A stretch of DNA of 64,000 nt from Eledone cirrhosa. Taxonomy: Eukaryota. Within the stretch, counting starts at the first letter, position 1, and every line of letters begins with the position of its first letter. The notes below the pieces were generated by a model, which made no database searches, was not told the DNA's origin, and saw only the letters and a list, made by a program, of their open reading frames with translations. Positions 42,432-57,400 of the stretch are shown in pieces. A program made the position numbers and the translations under genes. The stretch spans positions 360,158,001 to 360,222,000 of the forward strand of contig OZ024742.1 of assembly GCA_964016885.1 (NCBI GenBank). The letters run 5' to 3'.

Positions 42432-45400
42432 CACAGTATCTCTCTTCTATAACACCCCATTGACGTCTATATAGTGGTGAAATAGCCAGTCACCCATACA
42501 CAGTATCTCTCTTATATAACACCACATCAACGTCTATATAGTGGTGACACATCCAGTCACCCATACACAGTATCTCTCTTCTATAACACCCCATCAACGT
42601 CTATATAGTGGTGAAGCATCCAGTCACCCATAAACATTATCTCTCTTCTATAACACCCAATCAACGACTATATAGTGGTCACACATCCAGTCACCCATAC
42701 ATAGTATCTCTCTTCTATAACACCCCATCAACGTCTATATAGTGGTGAAACAGCCAGTCACGCATACACAGTATCTCTCTTCTATAACACCCCATCAACG
42801 TCTATATAGTGGTGAAACAGCCAGTCACCCATACACAGTATCTCTCTTCTATAACACCTCATCAACGTCTATATAGTGGTGAAGCATCCAGTCACCCATA
42901 AACATTATCTCTCTTCTATAACACCCAATCAACGACTATATAGTGGTCACACATCCAGTCACCCATACATAGTATCTCTCTTCTATAACACCCCATCAAC
43001 GTCTATATAGTGGTGAAACAGCCAGTCACGCATACACAGTATCTCTCTTCTATAACACCCCATCAACGTCTATATAGTGGTGAAACAGCCAGTCACCCAT
43101 ACACAGTATCTCTCTTCTATAACACCCCATCAACGTCTATATAGTGGTGAAACAGCCAGTCACCTATACACAGTATCTCTCTTCTATAACACCCCATCAA
43201 CGTCTATATAGTGGTGAAACAGCCAGTCACCCATACACAGTATCTCTCTTCTATAACACCCCATCAACGTCTATATAGTGGTGAAACAGCCAGTCACCTA
43301 TACACAGTATCTCTCTTCTATAACACCCCATCAACGTCTATATAGTGGTGAAACAGCCAGTCACCCATACACAGTATCTCTCTTCTATAACACACCATCA
43401 ACGTCTATATAGTGGTGAAACAGCCAGTCACCTATACACAGTATCCCTCTTCTATAATACCCCATCAACGTCTATATAGTGGTGAAACAGCCAGTCACCC
43501 ATACACAGTATTTCTCATCTATTATACCCCATCAACGTCTATATAATGGTGACGCATCCAGTCACGTATACACAGTATCTCTCTTCTATAACACCCCATC
43601 AACGTCTATATATTGGTGAAACAGCCAGTCACCCATACACAGTATCTCTCTTCTATTATACCCCATCAACGTCTATATAATGGTGACGCAGCCAGTCACC
43701 TATACACAGTATCTCTCTTCTATAACACCCCATCAACGTCTATATAGTTGTGAAACAACCAGTCACACATACACCATATCTCTCTTCTATAACACCCCAT
43801 CAACGTCTATATAGTAGTGAAACAGCCAGTCACCCAAACACAGTATCTCTCTTCTATAATACCCCATCAACGTCTATATAGTGGTGAAACAGCCAGTCAC
43901 CCATTCACAGTATCTCTGTTCTATAACACCCCATCAACATCTATATAGTGGTGTCACATCAAGTCACCTATACACAGTATCTCTCTTCTATAACATCCCA
44001 TCAACGTCTATATAGTGGTAAAACAGCCAGTCACCCATACACAGTATCTCTCTTCTATAACACACCGTCAACGTCTATGTAGTGGTGAAACAACCAGATA
44101 CCCATACACCATATCTCTCTTCTATAATACCCCATCAACGTCTCTATAGTGGTGACACATCCAGTCACCTATACACAGTATCTCTCTTCTATAACACCCC
44201 ATCAACATCTATATAGTGGTGTCACATCAAGTCACCTATACACAGTATCTCTCTTCTATAACACCCCATCAACGTCTATATAGTGGTGAAACATCCAGTC
44301 ACCCATACACAGTATCTCTCTTCTATAACACCCCATCAACGTCTATATAGTGGTGAAACATCCAGTCACCCATACACAGTATCTCTCTTCTATAACGCCA
44401 CATCAACGTCTATATAGTGGTGACACATCCAGTCACCTATACACAGTATGTCTCTTCTATAATACCCCATTCACGTCTATATAGTGGTGATAGAGCCACT
44501 CACCCATACACAGTATCTCTCTTCTATAACACCCCATCAACGTCTATATAGTGGCAACACATCCAGTCACCTATACACAGTATCTCTCTTCTATAACACC
44601 CCATCAACGTCTATATAGTGGTGAAAAAGCCAGGCACCCATACACAGTATCTCTCTTCTATAACACCCCATCAACGTCTATATAGTGGTGACGCATCCAG
44701 TCACCCATACACAGTATCTCTCTTCTATAACACACCATCAACGTCTATATACTGATGAAACAGCCAGTCACCCATACACAGTATCTCTCTTCTATAACAC
44801 ACCATCAACGTCTATATAGTGGTGAAACAGCCAGTCACCTATACACAGTGTCCCTCTTCTATAATACTCCATCAACGTCTATATAGTGGTGAAACAGCCA
44901 GTCACCCATACACAGTATCTCTCTTCTATTATACCCCATCAACGTCTATATAATGGTGACGCATCCAGTCACCTATACACAGTATCTCTCTTCTATAACA
45001 CCCCATCAACGTCTATATATTGGTGAAACAGCCAGTCACCCATACACAGTATCTCTCTTCTATTATACCCCATCAACGTCTATATAATGGTGACGCATCC
45101 AGTCACCTATACACAGTATCTCTCTTCTATAACACCCCATCAAAGTCTATATAGTGGTGAAACAACCAGTCACCCATACACCATATCTCTCTTCTATAAT
45201 ACCCCTTCAACGTCTATATAGTGGTGACACATCCAGTCACCTATACACAGTATCTCTCTTCTATAACACCCCATTGACGTCTATATAGTGGTGAAACAGC
45301 CAGTCACCCATACACAGTATCTCTCTTCTATAACCCCACATCAACGTCTAAATAGTGGTGACGCATCCAGTCACCCATACACAGTATCTCTCTGCTATAA

Positions 45401-48400
45401 CACCCAATCAACGACTATATAGTGGTCACACATCCAGGCACCCATACATAGTATCTCTCTTCTATAACACCCCATCAACGTCTATATAGTGGTGAAACAG
45501 GCAGTCACGCATACACAGTATCTCTCTTCTATAACACCCCATCAACGTCTATATAGTGGTGAAACAGCCAGTCACCCATATACAGTATCTCTCTTCCATA
45601 CTACCTCATCAACGACTATATAGTGGTGATAGAGCCACTCACCCATACACAGTATCTCTCTTCTATAACACCCAATCAACGTCAATATAATGGTGACGCA
45701 TCCAGTCACCTATACTCAGTATCTCTCTTCTATAACACCCCATCAACGTCTATATAGTGGTGAAACAGCCAGTCACACATTCACAGTATCTCCCTTCTTT
45801 AACACCCCATCAACATCTATATAGTGGTGTCACATCAAGTCACATATACACAGTATCTCTCTTCTATAACACCCCATCAACGTCTATATAGTGGTGAAAC
45901 ATCCAGTCACCCATACACAGTATCTCTCTTCTATAACACCCCATCAACGTCTATATAGTGGTGAAACATCCAGTCACCCATACACAGTATATCTCTTCTA
46001 TAACACCCCATCAACGTCTATATACTGATGAAACAGCCAGTCACCCATACACAGTATCTCTCTTCTATAACACACCATCAACGTCTATATAGTGGTGAAA
46101 CAGCCAGTCACCTATGCACAGTATCTCTCTTCTATAACACCCCATTGACGTCTATATAGTGGTGAAACAGCCAGTCACCCATAAACATTATCTCTCCTCT
46201 ATAACACCCAATCAACGACTATATAGTGGTCACACATCCAGTCACCCATACATAGTATCTCTCTTCTATAACACCCCATCAACGTCTATATAGTGGTGAA
46301 ACAGCCAGTCACGCATACACAGTATCTCTCTTCTATAACACCCCATCAACGTCTATATAGTGGTGAAACAGCCAGTCACCCATACACAGTATCTCTCTTC
46401 CATACTACCTCATCAACGACTATATAGTGGTGATACAGCCACTCACCCATACACAGTATCTCTCTTCTATAACACCCCATCAACGTCTATATAATGGTGA
46501 CGCATCCAGTCACCTATACTCAGTATCTCTCTTCTATAACACCCCTTCAACGTCTATATAGTGCTGAAACAGCCAGTCACCTATTCACAGTATCTCTCTT
46601 CTATAACACCCCATCAACGTATATATAGTGGTGACACATCCAGTCACCTATACACAGTATCATTCTTCTATAACACCCCATCAACGTCTATATAGTGGTG
46701 AAGCATCCAGTCACCCATACACAGTATCTCTCTTCTATAACACCCCATCAACGTCTATATAGTGGTGAAACAGCCAGTCACCCAAACACAGTATCTCTCT
46801 TCTATAATACCACATCAACGTCTATATAGTGGTGAAACAGCCAGTCACCCATTCACAGTATCTCTGTTCTATAACACCCCATCAACATCTATATAGTGGT
46901 GTCACATCAAGTCACCTATACACAGTATCTCTCTTCTATAACACCCCATCAACGTCTATATAGTGGTGAAACAGCCAGTCACCCATACACAGTATCTCTC
47001 TTCTATAACACCCCATCAAAGTCTATATAGTGGTGAAAGGGCCAGTCACCTATACACAGTATCTCTCTTCTATAACACCCCATCAACGTCTATATAGTGG
47101 TGAAGCAGCCAGTCACCCATACACAGTATCTCTCTTCTATAACACCCCATCAACGTCTATATAGTGGTGACGCATCCAGTCACCCATACACAGTATCTCT
47201 CTTCTATAACATCCCATCAACGTCTATATAGTAGTGAAACAGCCAGTCACCCAAACACAGTATCTCTCTTCTATAATACCCCATCAACGTCTATATAGTG
47301 GTGAAACAGCCAGTCACCCATTCACAGTATCTCTGTTCTATAACACCCCATCAACATCTATATAGTGGTGTCACATCAAGTCACCTATACACAGTATCTC
47401 TCTTCTATAACATCCCATCAACGTCTATATAGTGGTAAAACAGCCAGTCACCCATACACAGTATCTCTCTTCTATAACACACCATCAACGTCTATGTAGT
47501 GGTGAAACAACCAGATACCCATACACCATATCTCTCTTCTATAATACGCCATCAACGTCTCTATAGTGGTGACACATCCAGTCACCTATACACAGTATCT
47601 CTCTTCTATAACACCCCATTGACGTCTATATAGTGGTGAAACAGCCAGTCCCCCATTCACAGTATCTCTGTTCTATAACACCCCATCAACATCTATATAG
47701 TGGTGTCACATCAAGTCACCTATACACAGTAACTCTCTTCTATAACACCCCATCAACGTCTATATAGTGGTGAAACATCCAGTCACCCATACACAGTATC
47801 TCTCTTCTATAACACCCCATCAACGTCTATATAGTGGTGAAACATCCAGTCACCCATACACAGTATCTCTCTTCTATAACGCCACATCAACGTCTATATA
47901 GTGGTGACACATCCAGTCACCTATACACAGTATGTCTCTTCTATAATACCCCATTCACGTCTATATAGTGGTGACACATCCAGTCACCCATACACAGTAT
48001 CTCTCTTCTATAACACCCCATCAACGTCTATATAGTGGCAACACATCCAGTCACCTATACACAGTATCTCTCTTCTATAACACCCCATCAACGTCTATAT
48101 AGTGGTGAAAAAGCCAGGCACCCATACACAGTATCTCTCTTCTATAACACCCCATCAACGTCTATATAGTGGCAACACATCCAGTCACCTATACACAGTA
48201 TCTCTCTTCTATAACACCCCATCAACGTCTATATAGTGGTGAAAAAGCCAGGCACCCATACACAGTATCTCTCTTCTATAACACCCCATCAACGTCTATA
48301 TAGTGGCAACACATCCAGTCACCTATACACAGTATCTCTCTTCTATAACACCCCATCAACGTCTATATAGTGGTGAAAAAGCCAGGCACCCATACACAGT

Positions 48401-51400
48401 ATCTCTCTTCTATTATACCCCATCAACGTCTATATAGTGGTGACGCATCCAGTCACCCATACACAGTATCTCTCTTCTATAACACCCCATCAACGTCTAT
48501 ATACTGATGAAACAGCCAGTCACCCATACACAGTATCTCTCTTCTATTATACCCCATCAACGTCTATATAATGGTGACGCATCCAGTCACCTATACACAG
48601 TATCTCTCTTCTATAACACCCCATCAACGTCTATATACTGATGAAACAGCCAGTCACCCATACACAGTATCTCTCTTCTATTATACCCCATCAACGTCTA
48701 TATAATGGTGACGCATCCAGTCACCCATACACAGTATCTCTCTTCTATAACACACCATCAACGTCTATATAGTGGTGAAACAGCCAGTCACCTATACACA
48801 GTGTCCCTCTTCCATAATACTCCATCAACGTCTATATAGTGGTGAAACAGCCAGTCACCCATACACAGTATCTCTCTTCTATTATACCCCATCAACGTCT
48901 ATATAATGGTGACGCATCCAGTCACCTATACACAGTATCTCTCTTCTATAACACCCCATCAACGTCTATATATTGGTGAAACAGCCAGTCACCCATACAC
49001 AGTATCTCTCTTCTATTATACCCCATCAACGTCTATATAGTGGTGACACATCCAGTCACCTACACACAGTATCTCTCTTCTATAACACCCCATCGACATC
49101 TATATAGTGGTGTCACATCAAGTCACCTATACACAGTATCTCTCTTCTATAACACCCCATCAACGTCTATATAGTGGTGAAACATCCAGTCACCCATACA
49201 CAGTATCTCTCTTCTATAACACCCCATCAACGTCTATATAGTGGTGAAACATCCAGTCACCCATACACAGTATCTCTCTTCTATAACGCCACATCAACGT
49301 CTATATAGTGGTGACACATCCAGTCACCTATACACAGTATGTCTCTTCTATAATACCCCATTCACGTCTATATAGTGGTGATAGAGCCACTCACCCATAC
49401 ACAGTATCTCTCTTCTATAACACCCCATCAACGTCTATATAGTGGCAACACATCCAGTCACCTATACACAGTATCTCTCTTCTATAACACCCCATCAACG
49501 TCTATATAGTGGTGAAAAAGCCAGGCACCCATACACAGTATCTCTCTTCTATAACACCCCATCAACGTCTATATAGTGGTGACGCATCCAGTCACCCATA
49601 CACAGTATCTCTCTTCTATAACACCCCATCAACGTCTATATACTGATGAAACAGCCAGTCACCCATACACAGTATCTCTCTTCTATAACACACCATCAAC
49701 GTCTATATAGTGGTGAAACAGCCAGTCACCTATACACAGTGTCCCTCTTCTATAATACTCCATCAACGTCTATATAGTGGTGAAACAGCCAGTCACCCAT
49801 ACACAGTATCTCTCTTCTATTATACCCCATCAACGTCTATATAATGGTGACGCATCCAGTCACCTATACACAGTATCTCTCTTCTATAACACCCCATCAA
49901 CGTCTATATATTGGTGAAACAGCCAGTCACCCATACACAGTATCTCTCTTCTATTATACCCCATCAACGTCTATATAATGGTGACGCATCCAGTCACCTA
50001 TACACAGTATCTCTCTTCTATAACACCCCATCAAAGTCTATATAGTGGTGAAACAACCAGTCACCCATACACCATATCTCTCTTCTATAATACCCCTTCA
50101 ACGTCTATAAAGTGGTGACACATCCAGTCACCTATACACAGTATCTCTCTTCTATAACACCCCATTGACGTCTATATAGTGGTGAAACAGCCAGTCACCC
50201 ATACACAGTATCTCTCTTCTATAACCCCACATCAACGTCTAAATAGTGGTGACGCATCCAGTCACCCATACACAGTATCTCTCTGCTATAACACCCAATC
50301 AACGACTATATAGTGGTCACACATCCAGGCACCCATACATAGTATCTCTCTTCTATAACATCCCATCAACGTCTATATAGTGGTGAAACAGGCAGTCACG
50401 CATACACAGTATCTCTCTTCTATAACACCCCATCAACGTCTATATAGTGGTGAAACAGCCAGTCACCCATATACAGTATCTCTCTTCCATACTACCTCAT
50501 CAACGACTATATAGTGGTGATAGAGCCACTCACCCATACACAGTATCTCTCTTCTATAACACCCAATCAACGTCAATATAATGGTGACGCATCCAGTCAC
50601 CTATACTCAGTATCTCTCTTCTATAACACCCCATCAACGTCTATATAGTGGTGAAACAGCCAGTCACCCATTCACAGTATCTCCCTTCTTTAACACCCCA
50701 TCAACATCTATATAGTGGTGTCACATCAAGTCACATATACACAGTATCTCTCTTCTATAACACCCCATCAACGTCTATATAGTGGTGAAACATCCAGTCA
50801 CCCATACACAGTATCTCTCTTCTATAACACCACATCAACGTCTATATAGTGGTGACACATCCAGTCACCTATACACAGCATGTCTCTTCTATAATACCCC
50901 ATTCACGTCTATATAGTGGTGACACATCCAGTCACCCATACACAGTATCTCTCTTCTATAACACCCCATCAACGTCTATATAGTGGTGAAAAAGCCAGGC
51001 ACCCATACACAGTATCTCTCTTCTATAACACCCCATCAACGTCAATATAGTGGTGACGCATCCAGTCACCCATACACAGTATCTCTCTTCTATAACACCC
51101 CATCAACGTCTATATACTGATGAAACAGCCAGTCACCCATACACAGTATCTCTCTTCTATAACACACCATCAACGTCTATATAGTGGTGAAACAGCCAGT
51201 CACCTATGCACAGTATCTCTCTTCTATAACACCCCATTGACGTCTATATAGTGGTGAAATAGCCAGTCACCCATACACAGTATCTCTCTTATATAACACC
51301 ACATCAACGTCTATATAGTGGTGACACATCCAGTCACCCATACACAGTATCTCTCTTCTATAACACCCCATCAACGTCTATATAGTGGTGAAGCATCCAG

Positions 51401-54400
51401 TCACCCATAAACATTATCTCTCTTCTATAACACCCAATCAACGACTATATAGTGGTCACACATCCAGTCACCCATACATAGTATCTCTCTTCTATAACAC
51501 CCCATCAACGTCTATATAGTGGTGAAACAGCCAGTCACGCATACACAGTATCTCTCTTCTATAACACCCCATCAACGTCTATATAGTGGTGAAACAGCCA
51601 GTCACCCATACACAGTATCTCTCTTCTATAACACCTCATCAACGTCTATATAGTGGTGAAGCATCCAGTCACCCATAAACATTATCTCTCTTCTATAACA
51701 CCCAATCAACGACTATATAGTGGTCACACATCCAGTCACCCATACATAGTATCTCTCTTCTATAACACCCCATCAACGTCTATATAGTGGTGAAACAGCC
51801 AGTCACGCATACACAGTATCTCTCTTCTATAACACCCCATCAACGTCTATATAGTGGTGAAACAGCCAGTCACCCATACACAGTATCTCTCTTCTATAAC
51901 ACCCCATCAACGTCTATATAGTGGTGAAACAGCCAGTCACCTATACACAGTATCTCTCTTCTATAACACCCCATCAACGTCTATATAGTGGTGAAACAGC
52001 CAGTCACCCATACACAGTATCTCTCTTCTATAACACCCCATCAACGTCTATATAGTGGTGAAACAGCCAGTCACCTATACACAGTATCTCTCTTCTATAA
52101 CACCCCATCAACGTCTATATAGTGGTGAAACAGCCAGTCACCCATACACAGTATCTCTCTTCTATAACACACCATCAACGTCTATATAGTGGTGAAACAG
52201 CCAGTCACCTATACACAGTATCCCTCTTCTATAATACCCCATCAACGTCTATATAGTGGTGAAACAGCCAGTCACCCATACACAGTATTTCTCATCTATT
52301 ATACCCCATCAACGTCTATATAATGGTGACGCATCCAGTCACGTATACACAGTATCTCTCTTCTATAACACCCCATCAACGTCTATATATTGGTGAAACA
52401 GCCAGTCACCCATACACAGTATCTCTCTTCTATTATACCCCATCAACGTCTATATAATGGTGACGCAGCCAGTCACCTATACACAGTATCTCTCTTCTAT
52501 AACACCCCATCAACGTCTATATAGTTGTGAAACAACCAGTCACACATACACCATATCTCTCTTCTATAACACCCCATCAACGTCTATATAGTAGTGAAAC
52601 AGCCAGTCACCCAAACACAGTATCTCTCTTCTATAATACCCCATCAACGTCTATATAGTGGTGAAACAGCCAGTCACCCATTCACAGTATCTCTGTTCTA
52701 TAACACCCCATCAACATCTATATAGTGGTGTCACATCAAGTCACCTATACACAGTATCTCTCTTCTATAACATCCCATCAACGTCTATATAGTGGTAAAA
52801 CAGCCAGTCACCCATACACAGTATCTCTCTTCTATAACACACCGTCAACGTCTATGTAGTGGTGAAACAACCAGATACCCATACACCATATCTCTCTTCT
52901 ATAATACCCCATCAACGTCTCTATAGTGGTGACACATCCAGTCACCTATACACAGTATCTCTCTTCTATAACACCCCATCAACATCTATATAGTGGTGTC
53001 ACATCAAGTCACCTATACACAGTATCTCTCTTCTATAACACCCCATCAACGTCTATATAGTGGTGAAACATCCAGTCACCCATACACAGTATCTCTCTTC
53101 TATAACACCCCATCAACGTCTATATAGTGGTGAAACATCCAGTCACCCATACACAGTATCTCTCTTCTATAACGCCACATCAACGTCTATATAGTGGTGA
53201 CACATCCAGTCACCTATACACAGTATGTCTCTTCTATAATACCCCATTCACGTCTATATAGTGGTGATAGAGCCACTCACCCATACACAGTATCTCTCTT
53301 CTATAACACCCCATCAACGTCTATATAGTGGCAACACATCCAGTCACCTATACACAGTATCTCTCTTCTATAACACCCCATCAACGTCTATATAGTGGTG
53401 AAAAAGCCAGGCACCCATACACAGTATCTCTCTTCTATAACACCCCATCAACGTCTATATAGTGGTGACGCATCCAGTCACCCATACACAGTATCTCTCT
53501 TCTATAACACACCATCAACGTCTATATACTGATGAAACAGCCAGTCACCCATACACAGTATCTCTCTTCTATAACACACCATCAACGTCTATATAGTGGT
53601 GAAACAGCCAGTCACCTATACACAGTGTCCCTCTTCTATAATACTCCATCAACGTCTATATAGTGGTGAAACAGCCAGTCACCCATACACAGTATCTCTC
53701 TTCTATTATACCCCATCAACGTCTATATAATGGTGACGCATCCAGTCACCTATACACAGTATCTCTCTTCTATAACACCCCATCAACGTCTATATATTGG
53801 TGAAACAGCCAGTCACCCATACACAGTATCTCTCTTCTATTATACCCCATCAACGTCTATATAATGGTGACGCATCCAGTCACCTATACACAGTATCTCT
53901 CTTCTATAACACCCCATCAAAGTCTATATAGTGGTGAAACAACCAGTCACCCATACACCATATCTCTCTTCTATAATACCCCTTCAACGTCTATATAGTG
54001 GTGACACATCCAGTCACCTATACACAGTATCTCTCTTCTATAACACCCCATTGACGTCTATATAGTGGTGAAACAGCCAGTCACCCATACACAGTATCTC
54101 TCTTCTATAACCCCACATCAACGTCTAAATAGTGGTGACGCATCCAGTCACCCATACACAGTATCTCTCTGCTATAACACCCAATCAACGACTATATAGT
54201 GGTCACACATCCAGGCACCCATACATAGTATCTCTCTTCTATAACACCCCATCAACGTCTATATAGTGGTGAAACAGGCAGTCACGCATACACAGTATCT
54301 CTCTTCTATAACACCCCATCAACGTCTATATAGTGGTGAAACAGCCAGTCACCCATATACAGTATCTCTCTTCCATACTACCTCATCAACGACTATATAG

Positions 54401-57400
54401 TGGTGATAGAGCCACTCACCCATACACAGTATCTCTCTTCTATAACACCCAATCAACGTCAATATAATGGTGACGCATCCAGTCACCTATACTCAGTATC
54501 TCTCTTCTATAACACCCCATCAACGTCTATATAGTGGTGAAACAGCCAGTCACACATTCACAGTATCTCCCTTCTTTAACACCCCATCAACATCTATATA
54601 GTGGTGTCACATCAAGTCACATATACACAGTATCTCTCTTCTATAACACCCCATCAACGTCTATATAGTGGTGAAACATCCAGTCACCCATACACAGTAT
54701 CTCTCTTCTATAACACCCCATCAACGTCTATATAGTGGTGAAACATCCAGTCACCCATACACAGTATATCTCTTCTATAACACCCCATCAACGTCTATAT
54801 ACTGATGAAACAGCCAGTCACCCATACACAGTATCTCTCTTCTATAACACACCATCAACGTCTATATAGTGGTGAAACAGCCAGTCACCTATGCACAGTA
54901 TCTCTCTTCTATAACACCCCATTGACGTCTATATAGTGGTGAAACAGCCAGTCACCCATAAACATTATCTCTCCTCTATAACACCCAATCAACGACTATA
55001 TAGTGGTCACACATCCAGTCACCCATACATAGTATCTCTCTTCTATAACACCCCATCAACGTCTATATAGTGGTGAAACAGCCAGTCACGCATACACAGT
55101 ATCTCTCTTCTATAACACCCCATCAACGTCTATATAGTGGTGAAACAGCCAGTCACCCATACACAGTATCTCTCTTCCATACTACCTCATCAACGACTAT
55201 ATAGTGGTGATACAGCCACTCACCCATACACAGTATCTCTCTTCTATAACACCCCATCAACGTCTATATAATGGTGACGCATCCAGTCACCTATACTCAG
55301 TATCTCTCTTCTATAACACCCCTTCAACGTCTATATAGTGCTGAAACAGCCAGTCACCTATTCACAGTATCTCTCTTCTATAACACCCCATCAACGTATA
55401 TATAGTGGTGACACATCCAGTCACCTATACACAGTATCATTCTTCTATAACACCCCATCAACGTCTATATAGTGGTGAAGCATCCAGTCACCCATACACA
55501 GTATCTCTCTTCTATAACACCCCATCAACGTCTATATAGTGGTGAAACAGCCAGTCACCCAAACACAGTATCTCTCTTCTATAATACCACATCAACGTCT
55601 ATATAGTGGTGAAACAGCCAGTCACCCATTCACAGTATCTCTGTTCTATAACACCCCATCAACATCTATATAGTGGTGTCACATCAAGTCACCTATACAC
55701 AGTATCTCTCTTCTATAACACCCCATCAACGTCTATATAGTGGTGAAACAGCCAGTCACCCATACACAGTATCTCTCTTCTATAACACCCCATCAAAGTC
55801 TATATAGTGGTGAAAGGGCCAGTCACCTATACACAGTATCTCTCTTCTATAACACCCCATCAACGTCTATATAGTGGTGAAGCAGCCAGTCACCCATACA
55901 CAGTATCTCTCTTCTATAACACCCCATCAACGTCTATATAGTGGTGACGCATCCAGTCACCCATACACAGTATCTCTCTTCTATAACATCCCATCAACGT
56001 CTATATAGTAGTGAAACAGCCAGTCACCCAAACACAGTATCTCTCTTCTATAATACCCCATCAACGTCTATATAGTGGTGAAACAGCCAGTCACCCATTC
56101 ACAGTATCTCTGTTCTATAACACCCCATCAACATCTATATAGTGGTGTCACATCAAGTCACCTATACACAGTATCTCTCTTCTATAACATCCCATCAACG
56201 TCTATATAGTGGTAAAACAGCCAGTCACCCATACACAGTATCTCTCTTCTATAACACACCATCAACGTCTATGTAGTGGTGAAACAACCAGATACCCATA
56301 CACCATATCTCTCTTCTATAATACGCCATCAACGTCTCTATAGTGGTGACACATCCAGTCACCTATACACAGTATCTCTCTTCTATAACACCCCATTGAC
56401 GTCTATATAGTGGTGAAACAGCCAGTCCCCCATTCACAGTATCTCTGTTCTATAACACCCCATCAACATCTATATAGTGGTGTCACATCAAGTCACCTAT
56501 ACACAGTAACTCTCTTCTATAACACCCCATCAACGTCTATATAGTGGTGAAACATCCAGTCACCCATACACAGTATCTCTCTTCTATAACACCCCATCAA
56601 CGTCTATATAGTGGTGAAACATCCAGTCACCCATACACAGTATCTCTCTTCTATAACGCCACATCAACGTCTATATAGTGGTGACACATCCAGTCACCTA
56701 TACACAGTATGTCTCTTCTATAATACCCCATTCACGTCTATATAGTGGTGACACATCCAGTCACCCATACACAGTATCTCTCTTCTATAACACCCCATCA
56801 ACGTCTATATAGTGGCAACACATCCAGTCACCTATACACAGTATCTCTCTTCTATAACACCCCATCAACGTCTATATAGTGGTGAAAAAGCCAGGCACCC
56901 ATACACAGTATCTCTCTTCTATAACACCCCATCAACGTCTATATAGTGGCAACACATCCAGTCACCTATACACAGTATCTCTCTTCTATAACACCCCATC
57001 AACGTCTATATAGTGGTGAAAAAGCCAGGCACCCATACACAGTATCTCTCTTCTATAACACCCCATCAACGTCTATATAGTGGCAACACATCCAGTCACC
57101 TATACACAGTATCTCTCTTCTATAACACCCCATCAACGTCTATATAGTGGTGAAAAAGCCAGGCACCCATACACAGTATCTCTCTTCTATTATACCCCAT
57201 CAACGTCTATATAGTGGTGACGCATCCAGTCACCCATACACAGTATCTCTCTTCTATAACACCCCATCAACGTCTATATACTGATGAAACAGCCAGTCAC
57301 CCATACACAGTATCTCTCTTCTATTATACCCCATCAACGTCTATATAATGGTGACGCATCCAGTCACCTATACACAGTATCTCTCTTCTATAACACCCCA

